64,000 bases of DNA from contig CANJVR010000005.1 of assembly GCA_947478395.1 (NCBI GenBank), forward strand, positions 1 through 64,000. Direction: 5' to 3'. The position numbers were made by a program, and so were the translations under genes. The notes under the pieces are model-generated. The model was not told the origin of the DNA. It saw only the letters and a list, made by a program, of their open reading frames with translations, and searched no databases. Shown here one piece after another: positions 27,504-37,606 of this stretch (position 1 is its first letter; each line of letters begins with the position of its first letter). The stretch comes from Opitutia bacterium. GTDB taxonomy: Bacteria; Verrucomicrobiota; Verrucomicrobiia; Opitutales; Opitutaceae.

Positions 27504-28247
27504 TCAGTTTCCCCGCTTGGTGGCCACGGCGAGGAGCGAACTTCCAAAGGGGAGCCGGCCCACGCCGCGCAGCCAGCCCCGCTCCAGCGCCATCGCGACA
27601 TTGAATCCGATTTCGACCGGTGCCGGATAAAGCCGAACGTCGCTCCCGTCCGCGGGCGCAGGGAGTAATTTTCGCCGCGCCACTACCAGCGGCAACGGCA
27701 GCGCATTCCAATGCGTCGCCTCGATCCCGCCAAATCCAGCCGCCCGCAATTTCGCCATCAGCTCGCCGCGATCGTACCGCCGCTTCGCCTGCGTGGCGAC
27801 GTCGTGATACGACCACAGCCAGCGATATGCCGGCACATTGATCACCACGATCCCACCTGGCTTCAGCACCCGAAAAAATTCCCGCAACGCTGCCACGTCG
27901 TCGTCGAGATGATAGATGACATCCGCCGACACCACCGCGTCGAAATTCGCGTCCCCCCATGGCAGGGCCGTGACCGAGCCTTCGACGATTTCCACGCCCT
28001 TGGTGCGTTCGCGGGCGAGTTCGCAGGCACGCGTTTCCAAATCGAGGCCGGTCCAACGCCAGCTGGGATACAGTTTTGCGAGCCGCTTCATCAAGCCACC
28101 CGTGCCGCAACCCGCATCGAGCATCTGCGCGGCCGCTTTTGCGGGCAAAGTGGCGGCCAGCAGGCGGTGGACGTGTGCGTGCAGCGCCCGGTAATACCAC
28201 ATCGCGTCCTCCACGGCGGCCATCTTACGGTATTCGTCGGCTTCCAT
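27504..28247 (-). CDS. Class I SAM-dependent methyltransferase
   Basis: MEADEYRKMAAVEDAMWYY, LDAGCGTG, RVLKPGG, VPAYRWLWSYHD. Confidence 0.9.
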   Translation of the reverse strand: MEADEYRKMAAVEDAMWYYRALHAHVHRLLAATLPAKAAAQMLDAGCGTGGLMKRLAKLYPSWRWTGLDLETRACELARERTKGVEIVEGSVTALPWGDANFDAVVSADVIYHLDDDVAALREFFRVLKPGGIVVINVPAYRWLWSYHDVATQAKRRYDRGELMAKLRAAGFGGIEATHWNALPLPLVVARRKLLPAPADGSDVRLYPAPVEIGFNVAMALERGWLRGVGRLPFGSSLLAVATKRGN

Positions 28248-28320
28248 CTGCGCCGAGGGAAGCGGCTGCGGAATGTTTTGCCAAGGCAAACGCCGCGCCT
28301 TTCGCTGCTCGTCCACGTTC

Positions 28321-29970
28321 ATGCGTTCCGCCCCCCGCACGCCCCCCGCCGGCGGCGCCTTCAACCGGCGCGTCACTCACTACTCGGGACTTTTCTTCGA
28401 CGAGTTCGCTCCGGATTCCGCGTGGCTCCGGGACACCGGCATCATCCATCTGCCCCCGCTCGACGGCATTCGCCGCCTTGTGCTCCGCGGCGAATTCCGT
28501 CCGCACCCGGTCGCTGGCGCGCTCGAAAAATCTGCGCCGACGCTCACCGTTACGCTCAATGGTGCCCCCGTCGCGACGCTCACCTCGACCGCGGTCGGCC
28601 CCTGGGAAATTTCCATTACTCTCCCCGCCACGGCGCCGGCGGATGGCTTCACCCTCACGCTGCAACTCGGCGGCACGGCGCTCACCAACACCCTAGCCTG
28701 GCTCGGCCGCATCACCGGCTCGGGACCGCTGCAATCGTTTCGCGCGCAAAACAAAAACCGCGCGCTGCGCATCGCTTCGCTGGCGACCGACGCCGGCGAA
28801 CCCATCTACGATTTTTCCCACCGCCACGCGCCTTTCCGCGCCGAGTTTGCCCGCCGCCACGCGCGACTGGGCATGAACGTTGTCGGTTTCCTCACGGCCG
28901 ATCTCGGCCTCGGCGAGTCCGCGCGCTGCATGGTGCGCGCCGCCGACGCCGCGGGCATTCCCGTCGCCGCGGTGCCGCTCAAGCTTAACTGTAAAAATCG
29001 TCTCGGCGACCAGACGTACGCCGCGCGACTCACCGCCGAAAATCCGCACGATGTTAACGTCGTCCATGTCGATCCGCCGGCCGCGCGCGACCTCGATCAT
29101 CACCACGGGCCCGCGTTTCGCGCGGGCAAATACAACATCGCCTATTTCGCGTGGGAGCTGCCGGAGTTTCCCGACGACTGGCTGCCGAGCTTCGATTATT
29201 TCGACGAAGTGTGGAGCCCGAGCAATTTCGCCCGCGACGCCATCGCCGCGAAATCTCCCCTGCCCGTGCTCACTTTGCCCCACGCCATCGGCTTCGAGCG
29301 GCCAACTGCAACCGCCGCCGAGCTGCGCGCGCGCTTCAAACTTCCGCTAGAGCCGTTTCTCTTTCTTTCCCTGTTCGATCTCAACTCCTACGCAGAACGC
29401 AAAAATCCGCGCGGCGCCCTCGCCGCCTTCCGGGCGTCCGGCCTCGCCGGGAAAGCCGCGCTCGTCCTCAAAGTTCAAAACGTGGACGCCAATCCCGGCG
29501 AGTATGCCGCGCTGCAAACCGCCGTCGCCGACTTACCCGGGACGATTCTCATTACCGAGACGCTTTCCCGCGCCGACGTCTACGCGCTGGAAGCGGCGTG
29601 CGACGCCTTCGTTTCGCTGCATCGGTCGGAGGGTTTTGGGTTGGCCGTGGCCGAGTGCATGTTTCTCGGTAAACCTGTGATCTCGACCGATTGGTCCGGC
29701 ACGGCGGAATTTGTCGATGCCACCAACGGCTGTCCGGTGCGCGCGTCGCTCGTGACACTCGATAAAAACTATGGGCCTTACGCGAAAGGGGCGACGTGGG
29801 CCGAGCCCGACCTGATGCACGCGGCTGAACACATGCGCCGTTTGTGCGGCGATCGCGCGCTTGCCGCCCGGCTCGGTGCCGCGGCCAAGGCGACAATGGA
29901 AACGCATTATTCTCCCGCCGCCATCGGCGCGCGTTATCGCCGGCGGCTCGAGGCTATCGCGGGATTTTAG
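28321..29970 (+). CDS. GT4 glycosyltransferase with N-terminal beta domain
   Basis: GLGESAR, AWELPEFP, ERKNP, SLHRSEGFGLAVAECM. Start uncertain (28273 possible). Confidence 0.88.
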   Translation: MRSAPRTPPAGGAFNRRVTHYSGLFFDEFAPDSAWLRDTGIIHLPPLDGIRRLVLRGEFRPHPVAGALEKSAPTLTVTLNGAPVATLTSTAVGPWEISITLPATAPADGFTLTLQLGGTALTNTLAWLGRITGSGPLQSFRAQNKNRALRIASLATDAGEPIYDFSHRHAPFRAEFARRHARLGMNVVGFLTADLGLGESARCMVRAADAAGIPVAAVPLKLNCKNRLGDQTYAARLTAENPHDVNVVHVDPPAARDLDHHHGPAFRAGKYNIAYFAWELPEFPDDWLPSFDYFDEVWSPSNFARDAIAAKSPLPVLTLPHAIGFERPTATAAELRARFKLPLEPFLFLSLFDLNSYAERKNPRGALAAFRASGLAGKAALVLKVQNVDANPGEYAALQTAVADLPGTILITETLSRADVYALEAACDAFVSLHRSEGFGLAVAECMFLGKPVISTDWSGTAEFVDATNGCPVRASLVTLDKNYGPYAKGATWAEPDLMHAAEHMRRLCGDRALAARLGAAAKATMETHYSPAAIGARYRRRLEAIAGF

Positions 29971-30006
29971 ACGGGCTTGAGTTTTCCGTGGCTGTTTTGA
30001 GTGGAA

Positions 30007-30163
30007 GCAGGCAGGGACGCCTAGCGCTACGTCGTTAGCGGCTACGCTTTCGCCTTACCACTCCAAGACGCTATCGCGGTCTCAAATTGAGGCGTGGTGC
30101 CCACACCCCGTTTTTTTTGGGAGCGCGGCCGCCCGCAAGCGGCGTGAGCGCACCCCGCCTGCA
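30007..30163. repeat. Mosaic of REP-like families C, A and D between convergent genes
   Basis: gcaggcagggacgcctagcgctacg (C), tgaggcgtggtgcccacaccccg and gcggcgtgagcgcaccccgcctgca (A), tgggagcgcggccgcccgc (D). Confidence 0.65.
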
Positions 30164-30192
30164 TTCAAAGCCAGAAAGGTGAATCCACGCGC

Positions 30193-31848
30193 CTACGGTG
30201 TTTCCGTTTCGGCCTTTTTCACGGCCGTCAGTTCCAGATTTCGCAAACTAAACGCCACCTTCCTCAAATCGCCGTTCACCGGGAGCAGCGGGGGTTTGTC
30301 GGTTTCAAATCTCCACACGGTCTCACCGGGGTTTAGTTTTATTGCGCGCAATTCCACGCGGCGCAACGTGCGCACCGTATCGCCCGTCCAAAGCACGTGA
30401 TCGCCTTGTTTCACCACGACTTCGCGCTCGTCGTTGCTTTTCAGGTCGAAGGTCACGTCGACGATGAGCGGAAACGGATGGGGATTGCGCAGCACCACGT
30501 CGGCCGCTCCACGGCTCCAGCGCCAGAAATCAAAGCGCGAGCGCTCTGGGCCGAACCACTCATTTTCTGAGAAATACGCTTCCAAGATTTTCCCGCTGGG
30601 CTCGGCGATGCGCAGGACTCGCGGACCTGACAGAACAAAACTTTCGCGACCCGGCGCCTTGAGCGTGTCGCTCGAGAAAAACATGGTCGAATTACCCAGC
30701 AGCAAAAGGAACCACCAGGCGCGGCCCCGCGGCACGAGAATGTTAAACGCGAGGATCATCGGCAGTAGTACCCGTGCCGCCGCGCCGGGATAGCCTTCCC
30801 ACACCGCATCGCCCAACACCACCATCAGCGCGGCGTAGCCCGCGCCCACCCGCCACCAGGGATTCGACCAGCGCGGGCGCAGGACGAAAAACAACCACTG
30901 CGCCGAAAGCGCGATCATGATCAGGGCGCTCCACACGCCAATCGAACCGGCGGCATCGGTTTTAAACACCGCCGCGATTTCCTTCCACTTCCGCGCGTAG
31001 GCGAAAAACGGCCAGTCGAAATTCCGCGCCCCGACATCGCCGCCGCTGCCGAGCCAGAGCTTCAACACCAAGAGCCATATTGCCAGCGGGAGCACCACGA
31101 CCAAACCGCGCTGGACGGCGCGGCCCCACCCGCGCGCATCCCCAAAATTTCCCGGCGCAAACACCGCGCCCGCGATCACATTCGTCTCCTTGCCCAGACC
31201 CGACACGCCCAACACGCCGGCCGACCACCAGGGATGTCCCCGCTCCGCCAGCCACATGCCGATCGCGATCAGCAGCAAGCTTGGCCCATCCACCAGCGAA
31301 CCGCGGACACTCAAACACAGCCCGAAAGAAAATAGCACCCCGAACCATCGAAAGAAATTCTCCCAGCTTTTCGGCGGAAACCAGTGCAACAACACCGCCG
31401 CCAGTAGCAGCCAGGCTGCGATGTTCTGCACCGCATAAATGTGCAGTGCCGCCGCCTGGTCGCCCAACGCGAGTCCGTATGCCGTCCAGCAAAACAAAAT
31501 CCGCCGCGCGCGATACGGCAGGCTGTCCACTGCGCGCCGCAACGCCGGATTGCTCAGCCACGGCCGCATCGCGATCTGCGCGTAATACTGCGCGTCATAA
31601 CCGTTCGTGTCCTCCTCCTCGTAATGGTTGATTGCCTTCAACGCGGGCACGTACCGCGCACTCTCTTTTTCCCCAAACTTGATCAGGTAGGTGAACCCTT
31701 TACCCGGCAGATAAAATTGCGCACAGAGCCAAATGAACAGCACCACGGTGCCAGCATACGCGGGCTTCAGTGCCTTGGGCGCGTAGGTTTTAAAAAATGG
31801 TTTCAGTCTGGCCACGAAAAGCCCAAAAGGCAGAGTTTCAGCCTTCAC
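30193..31848 (-). CDS. GT-C-like membrane protein with C-terminal beta domain
   Basis: GYDAQYYAQIA...YRARRIL, KET, AVWEGYPGAAARVLLP, C-terminal WRW...GDLRKVAF. Start uncertain (GTG 31848 or 31815). Confidence 0.8.
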   Translation of the reverse strand: MKAETLPFGLFVARLKPFFKTYAPKALKPAYAGTVVLFIWLCAQFYLPGKGFTYLIKFGEKESARYVPALKAINHYEEEDTNGYDAQYYAQIAMRPWLSNPALRRAVDSLPYRARRILFCWTAYGLALGDQAAALHIYAVQNIAAWLLLAAVLLHWFPPKSWENFFRWFGVLFSFGLCLSVRGSLVDGPSLLLIAIGMWLAERGHPWWSAGVLGVSGLGKETNVIAGAVFAPGNFGDARGWGRAVQRGLVVVLPLAIWLLVLKLWLGSGGDVGARNFDWPFFAYARKWKEIAAVFKTDAAGSIGVWSALIMIALSAQWLFFVLRPRWSNPWWRVGAGYAALMVVLGDAVWEGYPGAAARVLLPMILAFNILVPRGRAWWFLLLLGNSTMFFSSDTLKAPGRESFVLSGPRVLRIAEPSGKILEAYFSENEWFGPERSRFDFWRWSRGAADVVLRNPHPFPLIVDVTFDLKSNDEREVVVKQGDHVLWTGDTVRTLRRVELRAIKLNPGETVWRFETDKPPLLPVNGDLRKVAFSLRNLELTAVKKAETETP

Positions 31849-31857
31849 GACGCAAGT

Positions 31858-33378
31858 ATGGATTCACCGCCCGCGCCCGTTCCGTCCCCCTCTTCTTCCG
31901 TTGCAGCACGGCGGTGGCTCACCGGCATCGTGCTCGCGAGCTTTGTTTTCTACCTCGTCTTCCTCGCTCTAAACATGGGCGCTTATGGCGGCGGCTCCGA
32001 TTCCTCGGGCTATCTTAACAACGCCCGCCTCGTGGCCCAAGCCACGACCCATATGCCCCAGCGCGTCGTTCCCGGTTTCGATCTGACCCAGGTCGATGCA
32101 TTCGTGTTCATCCCGCTGGGTTTCCGACCGGTCGGCAGCGACCGCATGGCTCCGACTTATCCCATCGGACTGCCGCTTGCTATTGCCGCCACCGCGCAAA
32201 TCACCGGCTGGGACGCCGCGCCGCATTTCACGATGGGCGTGTTCGCCGTGCTGGGACTAATCTTCACCGCTGTTCTCGGCCGCAGCGCCGGATTGCCGTG
32301 GAGCTGGTCATGGTTCGGCACGCTCATCCTGGCCGCCTGTCCGCTCTACACGTTCCTCGCCGTTCAGCTCATGAGCGACGTGCCCGCCACCGTGTTAACG
32401 ATCATGACGGTCGTGGGCGCTTGGCGCAGCCGCCAACACACCGCGTGGGCCGGTCTCGCCGGTCTCGCCATGGCCGCAGGTGTGCTCACGCGCCCGAGCC
32501 ATCTCGTCGTCCTGCTCCCTGCCGCCGTTGGCCTCGGGCTGAGCTGGCGCCGCTGGTGCTTGTTCCTCCTCGGTGGATTGCCCGGCGCCGTCCTACAATG
32601 CCTCTACAACTGGCACGCTTACGGTCACCCACTTCAATCCGGCTACGGCACGGGCGGCGGATTGTTCTCCCTCGAAATCATCCCGGCTACGCTGCGCAAC
32701 TACGCGGAATGGCTGCCCGTTCTCCTCACCCCGGTCGGCCTGCTCGCGTTGATCCTGCCATGGACAAAACGCCGCGAGCCTTTCGCGTGGTTACTCATCG
32801 TCTGGATCACCGCCGTACTCGGTTTCTACCTGAGCTATTACCATACCCATGAAACGTGGTGGTACCTTCGCTTCGTGCTACCCGCGTTTCCCGCCTGCAT
32901 CGTGGGTGGACTTTGGATCATTCGCAGCTGGTGGTTAAAACGAGCGTCAGCCCGGAATTTTTCTCCGCTTCTGATGCACGCCTCCACCCTCGTACTCGCC
33001 GCCGTCGTGATCGCTCAAGGCGTGTTCTGGGACCTCCGCCTCGACGCTTCCACCACCGGCCGCGGTGAGGCCAAATACCGTAAAACCGTGAAGTGGGCCA
33101 GCGATCACCTGCCGGCAAATGCTACCATTGCCGCCATGCAATGCTCCGGCGCACTCATCTACTACAGCGATTTCACGATCGTCCGCTGGGATATTCTCAG
33201 CCCCGAACAATCCGCCCGTCTCGCCCAAGCGAGCCTCGCCACCGGCCGGCCGCTCTACGCCGTGCTCTGGCCCTTCGAAGTCAAGGACGCGACCGAGGTG
33301 CACATGCCCGGTCGCTGGACCCAGGTGGGCTCGGTGGGCGATGCAACCGTCTGGAAGTGGGCCCCTCCTTCGACTTGA
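31858..33378 (+). CDS. GT39/ArnT-like (PMT_2) GT-C membrane glycosyltransferase
   Basis: TM1 then GGSDSSGY, YPIGLP, MSDVP, TRP, YNWHAYGHP, RFVLP. Confidence 0.8.
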   Translation: MDSPPAPVPSPSSSVAARRWLTGIVLASFVFYLVFLALNMGAYGGGSDSSGYLNNARLVAQATTHMPQRVVPGFDLTQVDAFVFIPLGFRPVGSDRMAPTYPIGLPLAIAATAQITGWDAAPHFTMGVFAVLGLIFTAVLGRSAGLPWSWSWFGTLILAACPLYTFLAVQLMSDVPATVLTIMTVVGAWRSRQHTAWAGLAGLAMAAGVLTRPSHLVVLLPAAVGLGLSWRRWCLFLLGGLPGAVLQCLYNWHAYGHPLQSGYGTGGGLFSLEIIPATLRNYAEWLPVLLTPVGLLALILPWTKRREPFAWLLIVWITAVLGFYLSYYHTHETWWYLRFVLPAFPACIVGGLWIIRSWWLKRASARNFSPLLMHASTLVLAAVVIAQGVFWDLRLDASTTGRGEAKYRKTVKWASDHLPANATIAAMQCSGALIYYSDFTIVRWDILSPEQSARLAQASLATGRPLYAVLWPFEVKDATEVHMPGRWTQVGSVGDATVWKWAPPST

Positions 33379-34928
33379 GCCGGAATTCGACGCTCTCCGC
33401 GCGACGCTGGGCTCCGCTGCTCGTGGCGCTCGCGCTCGCTGGGTTTTTCCTAGTCGCGGTGGCCCGCTTCTGGCACCCGGTCTATGGCTTCACTGCACTC
33501 ATCCAACTCGACGCCACGAACGACGATTTAAAAATCGCCGCCTTCCGCGAGCATCCGGTTTACGTCTACCGCGACACCGGCGGCTACGATGGTCTGTACT
33601 ACGCGCAGATCGCTCACCATCCGCTGCTCGATGCCGCGGAGCTAAGGCCGGCGATGGACAATTTTTCATATCGTGCGCGCCGCATCCTACCGCCGGCCGT
33701 GGCTTGGCTGCTCGGAGCCGGTCAGCCGGGAGCCATCATCCACGTTTACGCTTTGCTCAACGCCGGCGTGTGGCTGCTGGCCGCCGTACTGCTCTGGCGG
33801 ATTCTAGCCGTCGCGGATTTTCGCGGTGTGCTCGCGTGGGCCGGAGTTCTTTTCAGCGCCGGCGCCCTGAGCAGTGTACGTTACGCGCTCACGGATTTGC
33901 CCGCACTCACGCTGCTCGCGGCGGCGATGTGGGCCCTTGAACGATCGCGCCCGCGCTCCGCTTCCGGCTGGCTGGCCGCAGCCGCGCTCGCCCGCGAAAC
34001 GGCCTTCGTGGGCGTGGTGGGTCTGCTCGACCGACCGTGGCTCTCCCGCAAGAATCTCCTGACGTTGATCCTCGCGGCCACACCGCTTGCCGGCTGGCTC
34101 ATTTATGTTCGGTGGCGGGTCGGGCCTGCCGACGCCGGCTGGGGAAATTTCACGCTCCCGGTCGCCGGGCTCGTGGAAAAATGGACTGACGTGCTCCGTA
34201 CTGTCGCGCATCCCACGCATCCGCTGCTCGCGTGGACCACCCTGCTCGCCGTAATCGGGCTCACGGTGCAGGCAGGTTTTGTGCTGATCCGTTGGCGCCC
34301 GGCCGATGCCTGGTGGCGGATCGCCGCGGCCTACACCGCGTTGATGCTTATGCTCGGCACGGCCGTATGGGAGGGATTCCCGGGCGCCGCGACGCGAGTG
34401 CTGCTTCCCCTCACGCTGGCTTTCAACGTCGTAGCCGTTCGCACCCGCGCTGCGCTCGCTTGGCTCATACTCGGCAATCTCGGCGTGACAGCGGGTTTGC
34501 TCACGTTTGTCGACGTACCCAACGACTCGCGCGAAATTTTTGCCGCGCGCAGTCATGGCGTCGCGACCTTGGTTCACGTCAACGCCGGCTGGTTCGGCGC
34601 CGAACACACGTTGCGCCACGTCTGGTCCTGGTGCGAAGGGCGTGGGGAGTTGAACTTCGAAACATGGCCGCTTACGCCACTCGCCGGGCAATTCGAATTT
34701 TCGCTGCGCAGCCTCACCCCGCGCACCGTGGTGGTCCGCCAAGCGGGCGTAGAACTCTGGCGTGGGCCCGTGGGCGACAAAGCCGTACGCGTGACATTTC
34801 CCCTCGCGCTCGGTGCCGGCCGGACTCGTCTTGAGTTTTCGAGCGACACGCCTGGCACGCGCGAAAGCCCGAACGCCGACGCGCGTGCGCTGGCCTTCGC
34901 GATTTACGATCCGCGCCTGACTTTCTGA
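33375..34928 (+). CDS. GT-C-like membrane protein, paralogue of 30193-31848
   Basis: GYDGLYYAQIA...YRARRIL, RET, AVWEGFPGAATRVLLP, C-terminal WSW...ADARALAF. Probable TTG start overlapping the upstream TGA. Confidence 0.8.
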   Translation: MSRNSTLSARRWAPLLVALALAGFFLVAVARFWHPVYGFTALIQLDATNDDLKIAAFREHPVYVYRDTGGYDGLYYAQIAHHPLLDAAELRPAMDNFSYRARRILPPAVAWLLGAGQPGAIIHVYALLNAGVWLLAAVLLWRILAVADFRGVLAWAGVLFSAGALSSVRYALTDLPALTLLAAAMWALERSRPRSASGWLAAAALARETAFVGVVGLLDRPWLSRKNLLTLILAATPLAGWLIYVRWRVGPADAGWGNFTLPVAGLVEKWTDVLRTVAHPTHPLLAWTTLLAVIGLTVQAGFVLIRWRPADAWWRIAAAYTALMLMLGTAVWEGFPGAATRVLLPLTLAFNVVAVRTRAALAWLILGNLGVTAGLLTFVDVPNDSREIFAARSHGVATLVHVNAGWFGAEHTLRHVWSWCEGRGELNFETWPLTPLAGQFEFSLRSLTPRTVVVRQAGVELWRGPVGDKAVRVTFPLALGAGRTRLEFSSDTPGTRESPNADARALAFAIYDPRLTF

Positions 34929-34966
34929 TTGTCGCCGGGCGCGCGTGCGCAACTTATCCTTGCGCC

Positions 34967-36163
34967 ATGTCTGCCCCGCTTTTGCTCGATCTCACGCACA
35001 CCAGCCACACGCGGGCGCGCACTGGCATCCAGCGCGTGGCTCGCGCCCTCTGGCGCGAATTCGACGGCGAGGTGCAACCCATCACGCACGATCCCCACCT
35101 CGGCGCGTGGCGGGCGTTGGAAACGTGGGAGCTCAAAAATCTTTCCGCCGATTCCTTCAGTTCAAAACGGGGCGCAGCCTGGCCCCTCATGGCAAAACTG
35201 CGCGGCCGCGGCCGCCGTGTTTTTTCTCCTTCCCGCGCTCCGCTCGCCACCGGTCATCCCGCCGCCGGCCTCTTTGTCCCCGAGGTATTTTCTCCGGCCG
35301 TCGCCGCCGCGTTGCCGGCGATATTCGCTGCGGCAAAGGGACCGCGCGCCGCGCTTTTTCACGATGCGATCGCGCTGAAATTTCCCGAACTTACCCCGAC
35401 GAAAACAGTCGGGCGTTTTCCCGCCTACCTGCGCGAGCTGCTTGCGTTCGACGGTATTGCCGCCAACTCCGACGATTCCCGCGACACGCTGCTGGCGTAC
35501 TGGCGCTGGCTCGGCGTGCCGACATCGGCCCAGCCCATCGTCACGACGATCGCCCTCGGCACCGATCTTCGACCCGCGTCATCGCCGCATCCGGCGAGCG
35601 AGATGCCCGCATCGCTCCGCACGGTGCTCTGCGTCGGATCGCTTGAAGGTCGAAAAAATCATCTATCACTCCTCGCCGCCTGCGAAATGCTTTGGACCCA
35701 GGGCGCACGGTTCGATTTGCGTCTGATCGGTCTCGTGCATCCCCAAACCGGTCGGGCCGCGCTGGAGAAAATTCGTGCGCTCCAAGCGGCGGGACGCCCG
35801 TTACGCTACGACGGCCCGGTGACCGATGCCGCGCTGGTGGCCGCTTACGCGGATTGCGCGTTCACCGTTTATCCTTCGCTGATCGAAGGCTTCGGGCTAC
35901 CCGTGCTCGAAAGCCTGGCTCACGGCAAACCGTGTGTTTGCTCGGCCCGCGGCGCGCTCGGCGAAGCGGCGAAGGGCGGCGGTTGTGTGGCCCTCGATGC
36001 GGTCGATGCGCCCCACCTTGCGGCCGCGATCAACCGTCTGCTCACGGCGCCGAACGACCTCCCGGTACTTTCTGCGGCCGCGCGCGCCCGCCCATTTCGC
36101 AGTTGGTCCGACTACCGCCGGGAACTCGACGCCTGGCTGCCTACTCTGCCCCGTCGGGTTTGA
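34967..36163 (+). CDS. GT4 glycosyltransferase
   Basis: TGIQRV, HDAI, VGSLEGRKNH, YPSLIEGFGLPVLESL. Confidence 0.92.
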   Translation: MSAPLLLDLTHTSHTRARTGIQRVARALWREFDGEVQPITHDPHLGAWRALETWELKNLSADSFSSKRGAAWPLMAKLRGRGRRVFSPSRAPLATGHPAAGLFVPEVFSPAVAAALPAIFAAAKGPRAALFHDAIALKFPELTPTKTVGRFPAYLRELLAFDGIAANSDDSRDTLLAYWRWLGVPTSAQPIVTTIALGTDLRPASSPHPASEMPASLRTVLCVGSLEGRKNHLSLLAACEMLWTQGARFDLRLIGLVHPQTGRAALEKIRALQAAGRPLRYDGPVTDAALVAAYADCAFTVYPSLIEGFGLPVLESLAHGKPCVCSARGALGEAAKGGGCVALDAVDAPHLAAAINRLLTAPNDLPVLSAAARARPFRSWSDYRRELDAWLPTLPRRV

Positions 36164-36286
36164 TCGGCGGGCAAGAAAGTTTCATTTTCTCGTTTCGTCT
36201 TTAAAAAAGGGCGAGGTCGGCTGCTCAACCGGACCTGCCTTTGCATTTGCCAACGCTGTTTTCGGACGCATCGTTTCCCCCACGTC

Positions 36287-37483
36287 ATGGCGCTTTCATT
36301 CTTTACCAAAAACAAAAAGGCCGTCCTCAACCGCTTCCGCGACGACTACGCGACGAAGATGCGCCTGAAGTATGATCCCTTCTACCACGCCATGGAGTCA
36401 CAGAAAGGTACGACCGTGCGCCTCCACGGTCGCGACCTTATCATGCTTTCGAGCAACGACTATCTGGGACTTTCCTTTCACCCCAAGGTAATCGAAGCCG
36501 GCCGAGCGGCCCTCCTCAAATGGGGCACTAGCCCGACCGGAGCCCGCATCTCCAACGGTTCCCGCGCCTACCATCTCGAGCTGGAGGAAAAACTCGCAAA
36601 CTTCCTCGGCCGAGAAGCCTGTCACGTCCACTCTGCCGGATATCTTTCGTGTCTCTCGAGCGTGGCGGCCTTTGCCCAAAAGGGCGACGTGATCTTCGCC
36701 GACAAGAACATCCACTCCTGCCTGTGGGAAGGGATTCAACTTTCGCGCGCCACGGTTGAGCGTTTTTCCCACAACAGCCCCGACGATTTTCGCGACGTCG
36801 CCGCCGCCGCCAGCAATGACGCCCCAAAACTTCTCGTCATCGAGGGCGTTTATTCGATGGAAGGTCACATCGCGCGCCTGCCGGAGTTGACGGAAATTGC
36901 CGAGGAGCACGGCTGCTTTACCGTCCTCGACGATGCCCATGGTTTCGGCGTGCTCGGCCGGCAGGGCCGGGGCACGGTCGACCACTTTGGACTCAACGAC
37001 AAAGTCGACGTGATCTGCGGCAGCCTTTCGAAATCACTGGCCAGCACCGGCGGTTTTGTCGCCGCCTCGAAAGAAGCGATCGATTATCTCCGCACGAATT
37101 CGAAGCAGACGGTCTTCAGCGCCGCTCTCAGCCCCAGTCAGGCGGCCTGCGCCCAGGCCTCGCTCGAGCTGATGCAGACCGAGCGCGAGCATCACGAGCG
37201 CCTGTGGGCCAATACCAAAAAATACCGCGCGATTCTTAAAAATCTCGGTCTCGACACATGGGGCAGTGAAACCCCTGCGACACCGATCGTGCTCGGTTCG
37301 AAAGAACGCGTTTATCCCTTCTGGAAAGCACTGCTCGAAAAAGGCGTGTTCACCGTGATGTCGATCGCTCCGGCGGTACCCATCGGCAAAGATCTCATCC
37401 GCACGGCGATCTCCGCCATGCACACGGACGAACAGCTCGAAAAGATCGCCGACGCGATGGCGTACGCCGTCAAGAAACTCTGA
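36287..37483 (+). CDS. PLP-dependent alpha-oxoamine synthase (serine palmitoyltransferase/BioF/Kbl family)
   Basis: SNDYLGL, EGVYSMEG, DDAHGFG, GSLSKSLASTGG (PLP lysine), IRTAISAMHT. Confidence 0.9.
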   Translation: MALSFFTKNKKAVLNRFRDDYATKMRLKYDPFYHAMESQKGTTVRLHGRDLIMLSSNDYLGLSFHPKVIEAGRAALLKWGTSPTGARISNGSRAYHLELEEKLANFLGREACHVHSAGYLSCLSSVAAFAQKGDVIFADKNIHSCLWEGIQLSRATVERFSHNSPDDFRDVAAAASNDAPKLLVIEGVYSMEGHIARLPELTEIAEEHGCFTVLDDAHGFGVLGRQGRGTVDHFGLNDKVDVICGSLSKSLASTGGFVAASKEAIDYLRTNSKQTVFSAALSPSQAACAQASLELMQTEREHHERLWANTKKYRAILKNLGLDTWGSETPATPIVLGSKERVYPFWKALLEKGVFTVMSIAPAVPIGKDLIRTAISAMHTDEQLEKIADAMAYAVKKL

Positions 37484-37498
37484 GCGGGCGTTTATCAA

Positions 37499-37525
37499 GT
37501 AGGGCGGGTGATCCCTAGCCCGTCG
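37499..37525. repeat. REP-like family B, single degenerate copy
   Basis: gtagggcgggtgatccctagcccgtcg resembles the arm at 41461. Confidence 0.6.
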
Positions 37526-37606
37526 TTGGGACTGGGGTTACAAATGGAGCCAAGCCAAAACCGGACTTGGCATCCGCGCGGCGCGAGGAAACCGCGGAGC
37601 ATTCGA

